Assembly: GCF_030646115.1 (NCBI RefSeq)
Contig: NZ_JAUSMX010000027.1
Coordinates: 165,651-229,650 of the forward strand
Direction of reading: 5' to 3'
Source of the DNA: Fluviicoccus sp.
Lineage (GTDB): Bacteria > Pseudomonadota > Gammaproteobacteria > Pseudomonadales > Moraxellaceae
DNA length: 64,000 nucleotides
The notes under the pieces were generated by a model. That model did no database searches. It was given only the letters and a program-made list of their open reading frames with translations, and had not been told where the DNA came from. The position numbers and the translations under genes were made by a program. This document shows, in pieces, positions 1 to 9,485 of the stretch; the first letter of the stretch is position 1, and every line of letters begins with the position of its first letter.

Positions 1-14
1 TTTTCAGGAGTTCC

Positions 15-749
15 TTGGGGTTGCTGACCCTGATCACGGCGTTTCACGGGGCTGCCGCGCTGGCGGTGGAAGTGAAGACCAAGCCGGAGGTGAAGCCCGA
101 AGCCTTTCAGGCCCTGTCGTCCGCGCCGGACGGTGACTGGCGGCCGGTCAAGACCGATGCCCGGCGCGGCATCCGCACCTGGGCCAAGATGGAGGACGAC
201 AAGCCCTGGCGTTCGTTCCGGCTGGAGGCGACCCTCAACACCACCATGCCGGCACTGGAAAGCGTATTTTCCAACTTCGACCAATACCCGGCATGGTACT
301 GGCAAGCCATGGAGGTGCGGTTGCTGAAGGCGGTCTCCGCCACGGAATTCTACCTGTACATGGTGCAGAACGAGCCGGTGAACCTGCCGGACCGCGATGT
401 GGTGTTGCATGTCCAGATTGAACCGGTCACACAGAAGCACCCGTTTGCCAGCATCCGCATGAAGGCGGTGTCCGACTACCTGCCCGCCAAACCGCCGCTG
501 GTGCGGATGAAGGACGAGGAATTGATGATCACGCTGCAGCCGCAGGCCGACGGGGTGTTGCTGAAGGCGGAGGGCTTCACGCATCCGGGTGGTGTCATGC
601 CGTTGTGGGCCTCCAATTATGCCCAGCGCACCGCGCCCTTTGCTATGGCGGTGGCGCTGGAGCGCATGACGCTGCGTCAGGCGGCGTCCGGGGCGGGTAC
701 GGCTGCGACTTCAGGGCCGAAGCCATTCCGGCTGTCGCTGGCGCAATAG
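15..749 (+). CDS. START/SRPBCC lipid-binding domain protein, exported
   Basis: 244-aa ORF with signal-like N-terminus; START-like segments (YPAWYW, YLYMVQNEPVNLPDRDVVL, HPGGVMPLWASN); CAGGAG upstream of the TTG start. Confidence 0.75.
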   Translation: MGLLTLITAFHGAAALAVEVKTKPEVKPEAFQALSSAPDGDWRPVKTDARRGIRTWAKMEDDKPWRSFRLEATLNTTMPALESVFSNFDQYPAWYWQAMEVRLLKAVSATEFYLYMVQNEPVNLPDRDVVLHVQIEPVTQKHPFASIRMKAVSDYLPAKPPLVRMKDEELMITLQPQADGVLLKAEGFTHPGGVMPLWASNYAQRTAPFAMAVALERMTLRQAASGAGTAATSGPKPFRLSLAQ

Positions 750-790
750 ACCGGTGATATGCGCTGCCGGGTTCTCCCGGCGGCGCTGCA

Positions 791-2044
791 TCAGTCTTGC
801 AGGGCTTCTTCGCGCGGTGCCTGGCGAAAGACCCGGAACTGGCGGCGGCCGTTTTCCTTGGCCTGGTACAGCGCCTCGTCAGCCTGCCGTATGGCATCCT
901 TCAGGGGCTGTCCCGGCACCGGCAACAGCGTGGTGATGCCAATGCTGACCGTGACGTGCGGAGCCGCCGAAGACGAGGCATGCGGAATGCCGCAGGCATC
1001 CACCGCCTGCAGGATGCGCTCCGCCACTTCTGCCGCCCCGGCCTCATCGGTATCCGGCATCAGCACCACGAATTCCTCACCGCCATAGCGAGCCGCCAGG
1101 TCGGCAGGCCGCAGCATGGTGTCACGGATGGCGTGCGCCACGGTCTTCAGGCACTGGTCGCCGCTCTCGTGGCCATAGGTGTCGTTGTAGCGCTTGAAGA
1201 AATCCACATCCAGCAGCAGCAAGGACAGCGCCCGTTGCTCACGCAGCGCAATTTCCCATTCCCGTTCGGAGGCGATGTCGAAGCTGCGGCGGTTGGGTAT
1301 GCCGGTCAGTGCGTCATGGTGGGCAATGCGGTCCAGCTGCCGGTTCAGGTCCGCCAGTTCCTTCGACTGGTGGCTGACCATCAGTTCCTGAAGGAAGCCG
1401 AAGCGTTCCTGCCGTTCGGCAATGCCTGCCAGTGCAATGACCACAATGCCATACAACACGTAATAGTAGCCGAAGGCCAGCAGGTCAATCGGCAGGTGCA
1501 TCAGCGCCCCCAGCGCCAGCCCACCCAGCCCGCTGAGGGCGTAGATCAGCGCCAGCACCTTGGTGGTGAAACGCAGGCCCAGCGCCACCAGCAACATGCT
1601 GATCATCTGGTTGAAGATGGCGTAGAGGTAATAGTCGGAGTCACTGGCGAGGAAGATGTGCAGATGGATGAGCGTGATCTGGAAGGTCGCGACCGGGAAC
1701 ATCACCCGGTGGAAGTGCTCACGCACGCCGGGGATGCGGTGGCCGTAAATAATGAAGAGGATGGAGACGCCCAGCGGGATTTCCACGAGCTTCAGCAGCA
1801 GGAAGTTGTCGGCGGCAAACAGCTCCCGGAACCAGGTCCAGGCCACGGCGGCAATCACCGCGAACATCAGCAGCAGCAGCCATTGCCCGGAGCGGATGTA
1901 GTACAGGCTGGCTTCCACCCGTTTGTTCAGGAACCCGGCCTTGATGGCGGGAGGAAAGATGCAAAACAACGGCCGTTCAGCCAGTGTCTGCCGGATAAAT
2001 TGCTGGTCTGAGGCCCGGTTGGCGCGGATGGCCGATGTGCTCAT
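791..2044 (-). CDS. Membrane-anchored diguanylate cyclase (GGDEF)
   Basis: Multiple TM helices, then HHDALTGIPNRR, DVDFFKRYNDTYGH and RPADLAARYGGEEF (RxxD I-site present). Confidence 0.92.
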   Translation of the reverse strand: MSTSAIRANRASDQQFIRQTLAERPLFCIFPPAIKAGFLNKRVEASLYYIRSGQWLLLLMFAVIAAVAWTWFRELFAADNFLLLKLVEIPLGVSILFIIYGHRIPGVREHFHRVMFPVATFQITLIHLHIFLASDSDYYLYAIFNQMISMLLVALGLRFTTKVLALIYALSGLGGLALGALMHLPIDLLAFGYYYVLYGIVVIALAGIAERQERFGFLQELMVSHQSKELADLNRQLDRIAHHDALTGIPNRRSFDIASEREWEIALREQRALSLLLLDVDFFKRYNDTYGHESGDQCLKTVAHAIRDTMLRPADLAARYGGEEFVVLMPDTDEAGAAEVAERILQAVDACGIPHASSSAAPHVTVSIGITTLLPVPGQPLKDAIRQADEALYQAKENGRRQFRVFRQAPREEALQD

Positions 2045-2134
2045 GGGAAGTCAGGGTCTGTTCGTTGTGATTATTGTCCGGCAAGCATAGCAAGCGCCGC
2101 TATACTGCCGCCAGCCCTACTCGGAACGCCTGCC

Positions 2135-3292
2135 ATGCCTCATCTCTTCAACTTCAGCTACCACAACCCCACGCAGATCCACTTCGGTCCGGACAGCTTT
2201 GCACTGCTGGCCACGCTGATTCCGGTGGAGGCGCGGGTGCTGCTGCTGTATGGCGGCGGTTCCATCAAGGCTAACGGGGTTTATGCCCAGGTCACGCAGG
2301 CGCTGGCGGCGCATGCGGTGGTCGAATTCGGCGGGGTGGAAGCCAATCCGACGCTGGAAACGCTGAACCGGGCGGTGGCGGTGGTGCGGGCGGAAAAACT
2401 GGATTTCATTCTGGGGGTGGGCGGCGGTTCGGTCAGCGATGGGGCGAAATTCGTGGCGGCGGCGGCGCTTTACGAGGGCGACGGCTGGGACATTGTCTGC
2501 GGTCGTTATGCGGTGACGGAAGCCCTGCCGGTGGGCGTGGTACTGACGCTGCCCGCCACCGGCTCCGAGTCCAATGCCGCTGCCGTGGTCACCCGTGCCG
2601 CCACCCGCGAGAAGCGGGTGTTCTATGCCCAACCGGCGCGGCCGCGTTTCGCCATCCTCAACCCCGGCGTCATGGTCAGCCTGCCCGACCGCCAGCTGGC
2701 CAACGGGCTGGTGGACGCCTTCGTGCATGTCTGTGAGCAGTACCTGACCGTACCGCTGGGGGCGCTGGTGCAGGACGGCTACGCCGAGGCGGTGCTGCGG
2801 GCGCTGAAGACGCTGGCGGACACCTTTGACCGCCGCCGCGAGCCGGATTGGGGGCAGAACCTGATGTGGGCGGCGAATCAGGCGCTGTGCGGCATCATCG
2901 GCGTGGGGGTGCCGCATGACTGGGCCACACACCGGATTGCCGTGCAGCTGACGGCGCTTTATGGGATCGACCACGGGCGCACGCTGTCGATTTTGCAGCC
3001 ATGGTTGCTGCGGGAAAGCATCGGTGGCAAGCGTGCCAAGCTGGAGCAGATGGGGCGGAATGTGTTCGGGCTGGAGAATGCCTCGGCTGAAGCGACGATT
3101 GCGGCGATTGAGGCCTTGTATCGCCGCGTCAACATGCCGGTACACCTGCACGAGGCCGGGATCACCGATGCGGATGCCGCTGATCGGGTGCTGGCGGCGG
3201 CGCAGACGCAGGGTTTTGGTCGATTTGGCGGTGTGGCGCCGCTGAGCGAGGGGCAGGTGGAGAGAATTATCCGGGCGGCGTGCGGGGGGTGA
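2135..3292 (+). CDS. Iron-containing alcohol dehydrogenase, YqhD-like
   Basis: NPTQIHFG, YGGGSIK, GGGSVSDGAKF, TLPATGSESN, DAFVH, DWATH...GIDHG. Confidence 0.9.
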   Translation: MPHLFNFSYHNPTQIHFGPDSFALLATLIPVEARVLLLYGGGSIKANGVYAQVTQALAAHAVVEFGGVEANPTLETLNRAVAVVRAEKLDFILGVGGGSVSDGAKFVAAAALYEGDGWDIVCGRYAVTEALPVGVVLTLPATGSESNAAAVVTRAATREKRVFYAQPARPRFAILNPGVMVSLPDRQLANGLVDAFVHVCEQYLTVPLGALVQDGYAEAVLRALKTLADTFDRRREPDWGQNLMWAANQALCGIIGVGVPHDWATHRIAVQLTALYGIDHGRTLSILQPWLLRESIGGKRAKLEQMGRNVFGLENASAEATIAAIEALYRRVNMPVHLHEAGITDADAADRVLAAAQTQGFGRFGGVAPLSEGQVERIIRAACGG

Positions 3293-3512
3293 CGGGGTTC
3301 CTTATAGAATTGTTATGCGCCAACACAGGAACACACTTATCCAGTGCTGATATGAGCGCAATGCCAACCGACTCCGCGCCACTTGAACGGCTGATGGCCA
3401 CCTTAAACTCGTTTCCTCTACCTTCACAAGCAGCACCCCTTCGCTTGATAGTTGGGGAGAACGTTATTACACCGTCTACTTCACTGGCACCACACAATTC
3501 TCTGGCACTCAT
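3267..3512 (-). pseudogene. Probable C-terminal remnant of a CdiI/DUF1436-like immunity protein
   Basis: Reads MSARELCGASEVDGVITFSPTIKRRGAACEGRGNEFKVAISRSSGAESVGIALISALDKC, resembling the C-terminal ..S.EEIGAALR.A..RC pattern of CdiI (DUF1436); AT-richer than flanks; too short to be complete. Confidence 0.4.
3301..3318 (-). other. attC-like left half (R'' end)
   Basis: Minus strand GCATAACAATTCTATAAG resembles the RYYYAAC-AATTC start of attC sites; no right arm follows. Confidence 0.35.
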
Positions 3513-3543
3513 GGTCTGTGCCCCAATGTAGCCAAAGTGATGA

Positions 3544-3933
3544 CTAGAACCGATTTCGCTCAAGCCAGTTGACAAAATCCGGAGCATCCTCAGAGAACTG
3601 GTTGGTCTCGTGGTCCCACATAAAGATTGCTGTCGATTCTCCCACTGACCAGCAATATAGGTCACCGCAACCATTACTAGCGAAGGCGACATAGGCCCGG
3701 CTGTTAACGTAACTTTGATTTTCTAACAGTTCATGTGGAGAAAGGATTTCTGCACTGAACCTTAGATCGTTTAAACCGCCCAACCTGACAAACTCACGAT
3801 ACCAACCCTTGAGCTCGGTTTGCAGAGCAGCCTCTACCAGCGTGATCTCCCTTTCGGAGGGAATCGGTTCATCAAGCCGATACTTCTCGTTTTGGGCCAG
3901 AATGCTTTCAATTTGATCCATAGCTTTAGTCAT
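3544..3933 (-). CDS. SMI1/KNR4 (SUKH) family immunity-like protein
   Basis: EITLVEAALQTELKGWYREFV...FASNGCGDLYCW...IFMWDHE; low GC. Confidence 0.85.
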   Translation of the reverse strand: MTKAMDQIESILAQNEKYRLDEPIPSEREITLVEAALQTELKGWYREFVRLGGLNDLRFSAEILSPHELLENQSYVNSRAYVAFASNGCGDLYCWSVGESTAIFMWDHETNQFSEDAPDFVNWLERNRF

Positions 3934-3950
3934 AACGTAGAGTTCAGGCG
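3931..3950 (-). other. attC-like right half (L'/R' end)
   Basis: Minus strand CGCCTGAACTCTACGTTATG; the GTT core overlaps the ATG of the SMI1 gene, as is typical of gene cassettes. Confidence 0.45.
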
Positions 3951-4021
3951 TGTGCAGACGCCCTTGATTGTAGTAGTCGACCTGTCCCGCGTCGCCGAGA
4001 CCTGGTCAGGCCGACTTTACT

Positions 4022-4363
4022 TCACTGCCCTATGAAACGCGAAACCGAAGAAGGCAAGCCGCCTTGGCTATTAATGGACTCTTCAATTGCGACCAGCCAA
4101 GGATCATTTGGTTGCCGGGCCAACGATTGGAGTTGGTGAACTAGAGCTAGAGCGTGCTGCCACGAAATTGAAGTGGAAGTACCTTGAAGCCGATCGACAA
4201 TCTGGGGTGGCGAATAGCCCAGCCTTTCATTGCTACCCGGCTGACGAATCAGTTCCAGATAAAGCCAGTATTGAGCCCCATCTGCGCAGTGAAAGCTTGC
4301 CGCCAAAGATCCTCCATCTCGGATCATCTCTGCTGCAAGGAAGTTATCTATGGGAGGCAACAT
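4022..4363 (-). CDS. Hypothetical protein (cassette-like)
   Basis: 113-aa ORF, lower GC, co-oriented with SMI1; no motif recognised. Confidence 0.65.
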   Translation of the reverse strand: MLPPIDNFLAAEMIRDGGSLAASFHCADGAQYWLYLELIRQPGSNERLGYSPPQIVDRLQGTSTSISWQHALALVHQLQSLARQPNDPWLVAIEESINSQGGLPSSVSRFIGQ

Positions 4364-4367
4364 AAGA

Positions 4368-4403
4368 GGCCAACTTTGAATTCAACCCGCAATCGCGCGG
4401 CTT
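4368..4403 (-). other. Degenerate attC-like right half
   Basis: Minus strand AAGCCGCGCGATTGCGGGTTGAATTCAAAGTTGGCC, with a short hairpin, ending 4 nt before the ATG at 4363. Confidence 0.35.
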
Positions 4404-4676
4404 ACTTTTTCCGGAGTGTGTGTACTGCCAACCCTGGCATCACTAAAGTGCTGATTTAATTGAAAATCAACCTACCACGGAAAGAAAACCCCGGCAACTT
4501 GATCCCTGACTTCACCCCAACCCCACTTGTTACAAGCCATTGCGCAACACCCACCACCCCGAAACGACAGCCATCCCCGGCCCGCCGCGTTGCAAGCCGT
4601 GGTAACGTTCAGTACAGTGCCTCAAAGAACCCGAACCCCTATCCCCCGCCCTGATATCCCTGCCGCCGGAGTCCTG

Positions 4677-6950
4677 ATGCACAAACTGCTGCTCCCCCTG
4701 ATCCTGCTGCTCACCGCCACCGGCGGCATCGCGGCCCTGAGCGGAGCCGGGGAGGCGGCCGACTGGCTGTGGCTGTTGGCCACCGCGCCAGTACTGCTGT
4801 GGCTGCTGCTGGAAAGCGTGCGCAAGTTGCGCCGCGGCGAGTGGGGCGTCGATCTGGTGGCGGGACTGGCGATGGCCGGTTCGCTGTTGCTGGGGCAGAT
4901 GCTCACCGCCGCCGTCATCGCGCTGATGTTCGCCAGCGGCCAAGCGCTGGAAAGCTATGCCGCCAACCGCGCCCGCCGCGAACTGACCGCGCTGCTGGCG
5001 CGCACCCCCGCCACGGTGGAACGGCAGACGGCGGGGGCATGGCAGACCGTGCCGGTGGCCGAGGTCAAGGCCGGTGACCGGCTGCTGGTGAAAACCGGCG
5101 CGGTGCTGCCGGTGGACGGGCTGGTGGCGGCGGGCGGTCCCATCTCCCTGGACGAATCTTCCCTGACCGGCGAATCGCTGCCGGTCAGCCATCCCGACGG
5201 CGAGGCGGTGGCCAGCGGCACGCTGAACGTGGGGCAGGCTTTCGAACTGACCGCGCTGCGGCCCGCCGCCGACAGCACCTACGCCGCCATCGTGCGGCTG
5301 GTGCAGGAAGCGCAGACCGGCAAGGCCCCCTTCACGCGCATGGCCGACCGTTACGCCTTCTGGCTGGTGCCGCTGACCCTGGTCGTGGCGGGGCTGGCCT
5401 GGCTGCTGTCCGGCGACCCGCTGCGGGCGCTGGCGGTGCTGGTGGTGGCGACGCCGTGCCCGCTGATCCTGGCCGCGCCGGTAGCGATTGTCTCCGGCAT
5501 CTCGGCCGCGGCGCGGCGCGGCATCCTGATCAAGAACGGCGCGGCGCTGGAGGCGCTGGCCGACGGCAAGCGCCTGCTGCTGGACAAGACCGGCACCCTC
5601 ACCACCGGGCTGGCGCGGCTGGTGGATATTGAAACCGACAGCGGCTGGACGGCGGAGGAGGTGCTGACGCTGTGCGCTTCGCTGGAACAGGTGTCGCTGC
5701 ATCCGGTGTCGGCGGCGCTGGTGCAGGTGGCGCGGGCGCGCGGGCTGGCGCTGTCGACGCCGACCGGGCTGGCGGATGCGCCCGGTCACGGCCTGTCCGG
5801 GACGGTGGACGGGCATCAAGTGGCGGCGGGTCAACCGGACTGGGTGAGGTCGGTGGCCGATGCGCCGGACTGGGCGCAGGCAGCGCTGGAGCGGGCGCTG
5901 AATGAAGGCGGCATGGCGGTGTTCGTGGCGGTGGATGGCCGGGTGGCCGGGGTGCTGCGCATGCAGGATGAAATCCGCCCCGACACGCCGCGCGCCATCC
6001 GCGCCCTGCGCGCCGCCGGTATCGAGCGCTTGTCGATGGCCACCGGCGACCGCCAGGACATTGCCGACAGCATTGGCGCGGTGCTGGGACTGGATGCGGT
6101 GTATGCCGGGCTGACGCCGGAAGGCAAGGTGGAGGCGGTGCGCCGCGAACGCGAGGGCGGGGTGACGCTGATGACCGGCGACGGTATCAACGACGCTCCG
6201 GCGCTGGCGCTGGCCGATGTCGGTATCGCCATGGGCGCGCGCGGGGCCGGGGCCAGTTCCGAGGCGGCGGACGTGGTGCTGATGGTGGACCGCCTCGACC
6301 GGCTGGCGGAAGGGCTGGCGCTGGCCCGCCGCACCCGCGCCATTGCCCGGCAGAGCGTGTTGGCGGGCATGGCGATGTCCGGCGTCGCCATGGTCGTGGC
6401 GGCGGCGGGATACCTGACGCCGCTGGCCGGGGCGGTGTTGCAGGAGCTGATCGACGTCGCCGTCATCCTCAATGCGCTGCGCGCCCTGAGGCCAATTTCA
6501 CGTCCGGTTCCGGCGCTGTCGGTGGCCGAACAGGCGCGGCTGGCGGCGGCGCACCGCGACCTGCAACCCCTGCTCGACCGCCTGCGCACGCAGGCGGAAA
6601 GCCTGACGCCGGGCCGCGCGCCCAATCTGACCGGGCTGACCGACCTGACGCGGGTGCTGGCCGAGGAACTGGTGCCGCACGAGCAGGGCGATGAACGCCA
6701 CCTGCACCCGGCGCTGGCGCAGCGCATGCCGGGGCAGGACCCGCTGGCGCTGTTCAGCCGCACCCACCGTGAAATCCTGCACCTGTGCGAGTTGATCCGC
6801 CGCGATGTCGATGCCCTGTCCGCCGACACCGCGCCCGACGAACGCAGCCGCCAGCGGCTGGTGCGGCAGCTGTTCGCGCTGGAGGCGATCCTGCGGTTGC
6901 ACTTCGACCAGGAAAACGAGCTGTACGCCGGGCTGGCCGGGGAGGGCTGA
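4677..6950 (+). CDS. P1B-5-type heavy-metal ATPase with C-terminal hemerythrin domain
   Basis: TGES, TPCP, DKTGT, HP, GDGIND, QELID; C-terminal H/HE..E/H/HFDQE hemerythrin pattern; start chosen at MHKLL. Confidence 0.92.
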   Translation: MHKLLLPLILLLTATGGIAALSGAGEAADWLWLLATAPVLLWLLLESVRKLRRGEWGVDLVAGLAMAGSLLLGQMLTAAVIALMFASGQALESYAANRARRELTALLARTPATVERQTAGAWQTVPVAEVKAGDRLLVKTGAVLPVDGLVAAGGPISLDESSLTGESLPVSHPDGEAVASGTLNVGQAFELTALRPAADSTYAAIVRLVQEAQTGKAPFTRMADRYAFWLVPLTLVVAGLAWLLSGDPLRALAVLVVATPCPLILAAPVAIVSGISAAARRGILIKNGAALEALADGKRLLLDKTGTLTTGLARLVDIETDSGWTAEEVLTLCASLEQVSLHPVSAALVQVARARGLALSTPTGLADAPGHGLSGTVDGHQVAAGQPDWVRSVADAPDWAQAALERALNEGGMAVFVAVDGRVAGVLRMQDEIRPDTPRAIRALRAAGIERLSMATGDRQDIADSIGAVLGLDAVYAGLTPEGKVEAVRREREGGVTLMTGDGINDAPALALADVGIAMGARGAGASSEAADVVLMVDRLDRLAEGLALARRTRAIARQSVLAGMAMSGVAMVVAAAGYLTPLAGAVLQELIDVAVILNALRALRPISRPVPALSVAEQARLAAAHRDLQPLLDRLRTQAESLTPGRAPNLTGLTDLTRVLAEELVPHEQGDERHLHPALAQRMPGQDPLALFSRTHREILHLCELIRRDVDALSADTAPDERSRQRLVRQLFALEAILRLHFDQENELYAGLAGEG

Positions 6951-7073
6951 CCGTTTGTCCCCTTCCGGGGCGGTGTGCTTGCCGATAGACTGAATCCGAG
7001 ATACTTGAGCGGCGGTGTTCCTGCCCCGTTCCTCATTCCCCCTGATGCCTTGACGGTTAACGATGACCCGACC

Positions 7074-8264
7074 ATGAAAAAAACCGCTGTTGCCATCCTG
7101 CTGCTCATCCTGACCATCGGCGGCGTTCTGTTCTGGCGGCAACTGCCCGCCACGGTGCCGACCGAGCGCCTCAGCCCGCAGCCGTTCCGGCAGAGCATTG
7201 TCGCCACCGGCCGCGTGCAGACCGAGGCGACGCTGCCGGTTCGCGCCGAAACCGACGGCCTGCTGCGCAGTCTGGCGGTGGAAGGCCGGGCGGTGCAGGC
7301 GGGTGAGGTGCTGGCGGAATTGCAGGACCCCGACGGTGAAATCCAGCACGCGCAGGCCGACGCCGCCGTGCACGTGGCCGAACTCAACCTGCAACGTTTG
7401 TCGCAGCAGGAACGGCCGCAGGCGCTGTTGCGGCGCGATCAGGCGAAGGTGCTGCGGCAGCAGGCCCAGCGCCAGTTTGACTACCTGAATGAACTCAAGG
7501 CGACTCAGGATGTCTCGGCGGATGCGCTGGCCGCCGCCCGTGAAACTCTGGCCCTGCGCGACAACGACCTGAAGCAGGCCGAACTGACGCTGGCGGCGGT
7601 GCAGGAAGGCGGCATCGACACCCGCAGCCGCGCGGCGGCGTTGGCGCAGGCGCGCGAGCAGGCCCGCACCGCGCAATTGCGGCAGAGCCGCGCCCGTGTC
7701 ACCAGCCCGGTGGCCGGGGTGGTGCAGCAACGGCTGGTGGAGCCGGGCGAGCGCGTGCGCGCCGGGGACAGCCTGCTGGAAATTTCCGCCGCCCAGGGCC
7801 GCGAGGTGGTGGCCGACCTCGACGAACGCTGGCTGCCGCAACTGGCGGTCGGCCAGGCCGCGACGCTGGTGGCTGATGCCTGGCCCGACCGGCCGTTCCC
7901 GGCGCAGATCACCCGCATTTCTCCCGGCATCGACAGCGTACGCGGCACCGTGCGCCTGCGGCTGGGCGCGAAGCAGTGGCCCGACTTCCTGCGTGAAGGC
8001 CTGACACTGTCGGTGCAGGTGGCCGGGCAGGACGAGGCAGCGGTGCCGACCGTGTCGGCGACCGCAGTGCAGCCACTGGCCGGTCAGAGCGGGGTGTGGC
8101 TGGTGCAGGACGGCAAGGCGGTGTTCCGGCCGGTGCGCACCGGCCGCAAGGCGGACGGACGGGTGGAGGTGCTGTCGGGCCTGACGCCGCAAGACGTTAT
8201 CGTCAGCAACCCCGTCGGTCTTACGGCAGGCAAGTCGTTGCGCGCGTCGGGAAAGACACCATGA
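7074..8264 (+). CDS. Efflux periplasmic adaptor (membrane fusion protein)
   Basis: N-terminal TM, coiled-coil hairpin, SPVAGVV...VEPGERV, VEVLSGL. Confidence 0.88.
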   Translation: MKKTAVAILLLILTIGGVLFWRQLPATVPTERLSPQPFRQSIVATGRVQTEATLPVRAETDGLLRSLAVEGRAVQAGEVLAELQDPDGEIQHAQADAAVHVAELNLQRLSQQERPQALLRRDQAKVLRQQAQRQFDYLNELKATQDVSADALAAARETLALRDNDLKQAELTLAAVQEGGIDTRSRAAALAQAREQARTAQLRQSRARVTSPVAGVVQQRLVEPGERVRAGDSLLEISAAQGREVVADLDERWLPQLAVGQAATLVADAWPDRPFPAQITRISPGIDSVRGTVRLRLGAKQWPDFLREGLTLSVQVAGQDEAAVPTVSATAVQPLAGQSGVWLVQDGKAVFRPVRTGRKADGRVEVLSGLTPQDVIVSNPVGLTAGKSLRASGKTP

Positions 8265-9475
8265 ATTTCGAATGGCAGCTGGCCCTGCGCCTGCTGCGCG
8301 AAGGCCGGGCGCAAACCGCACTGATCGCCGCCGGCATCGGGCTGGGCGTGGCGGTGGTGGTTTTCCTGACGGCGCTGATCAACGGCCTGCAGGCCAATAT
8401 CATCGCCCGTACGCTGGGCTCGCAGGCGCACATCACGCTGACCGCGCCTGACCGTGTCGTCATTCCCGCGCACCTGCCCGGCCCCTTTGAATTCCAGACG
8501 GTGCAGCCGCGCCCGCAGCGGGTTGCGCCCATCCTCAACAGCGCCTTGCTGCTGCGGCAACTGGCCGCCGAGCCGGAGATCACCGCCGTGTCACCGCTGG
8601 TGTCCGGAGCGGCGTTTGCCCTGCGCGGGGTCGCCGACAAGTCGGTGGCGGTGATCGGCATCGACCCGGAGGCCTATACCCGCATCATTCCGCTGCACAC
8701 CCAGCTGGTGTCCGGCGAACTGCGGCTGGGCAGCGAGGAGGCAGTGATCGGCCGCCGCCTGGCCGATGAACTGGGCATCGGCACCGGTGACCGGCTGACG
8801 CTGCAAAGCGCGGGCGGCCGCAGCCTCAACGTCACCGTGCGCGGCATCTTCGAACTGGGGGTGAAGGACCCGGACCGGCGCTGGGTGTTCCTGTCGCTGC
8901 GCTCGGCGCAGAACCTGCTCAACCTGACCGGCGAAATCACCGGCATCGACCTGACCGTGCGCGAGCTGTTTGCCGCCGACACCGTGGCCGCCCGCCTGCA
9001 ACAGCAGCACGACATCACCGCCGAAAGCTGGATGACCAGCAACCAGCAGCTGATGACCGGCCTGCGCTCGCAAAGCGCATCCAGCAGCGTCATCCGTTTC
9101 TTCGTGCTGGTGTCAGTGGCCTTCGGCATTGCCAGCGTGCTGGCGGTGGCGGTGGTGCAGAAGCAGCGCGACATCGGCATCCTGCGCGCCATGGGCATGC
9201 CGCGGCGGGCGGTGTTGCGGGTGTTCCTGATCCAGGGCGGCGTGCTGGGGCTGCTGGGGGCGCTGGCGGGCAGCGTCGCCGGGGCGGGGCTGGCGCGGCT
9301 GTTTGCCGGGCTGGTGCGCAACACGCAGGGTGACCCGCTGTTCCCCATTGCGCTGACGCCCGAACTGTTCCTGTCCGCCATTGCCGTGGCGGTGTTCACC
9401 GGCCTGCTCGCCGCCGCCTTGCCCGCCTCGCGCGCCGCCGCCCTTGACCCGGTCAAGGCCATCCGCAACAGCTAG
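8261..9475 (+). CDS. ABC exporter permease (FtsX/MacB-PCD family)
   Basis: GIGLGVAVVV, periplasmic loop, QKQRDIGILRAMG, LPASRAAALDPVKAIR; ATG overlaps upstream stop. Confidence 0.9.
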   Translation: MNFEWQLALRLLREGRAQTALIAAGIGLGVAVVVFLTALINGLQANIIARTLGSQAHITLTAPDRVVIPAHLPGPFEFQTVQPRPQRVAPILNSALLLRQLAAEPEITAVSPLVSGAAFALRGVADKSVAVIGIDPEAYTRIIPLHTQLVSGELRLGSEEAVIGRRLADELGIGTGDRLTLQSAGGRSLNVTVRGIFELGVKDPDRRWVFLSLRSAQNLLNLTGEITGIDLTVRELFAADTVAARLQQQHDITAESWMTSNQQLMTGLRSQSASSSVIRFFVLVSVAFGIASVLAVAVVQKQRDIGILRAMGMPRRAVLRVFLIQGGVLGLLGALAGSVAGAGLARLFAGLVRNTQGDPLFPIALTPELFLSAIAVAVFTGLLAAALPASRAAALDPVKAIRNS

Positions 9476-9485
9476 GAGCGCCGCC

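Noticed and set aside
3955-3990. Minus-strand frame DYYNQGRLH, resembling an IS3 integrase-core tail
   Set aside because: Too short to distinguish from chance
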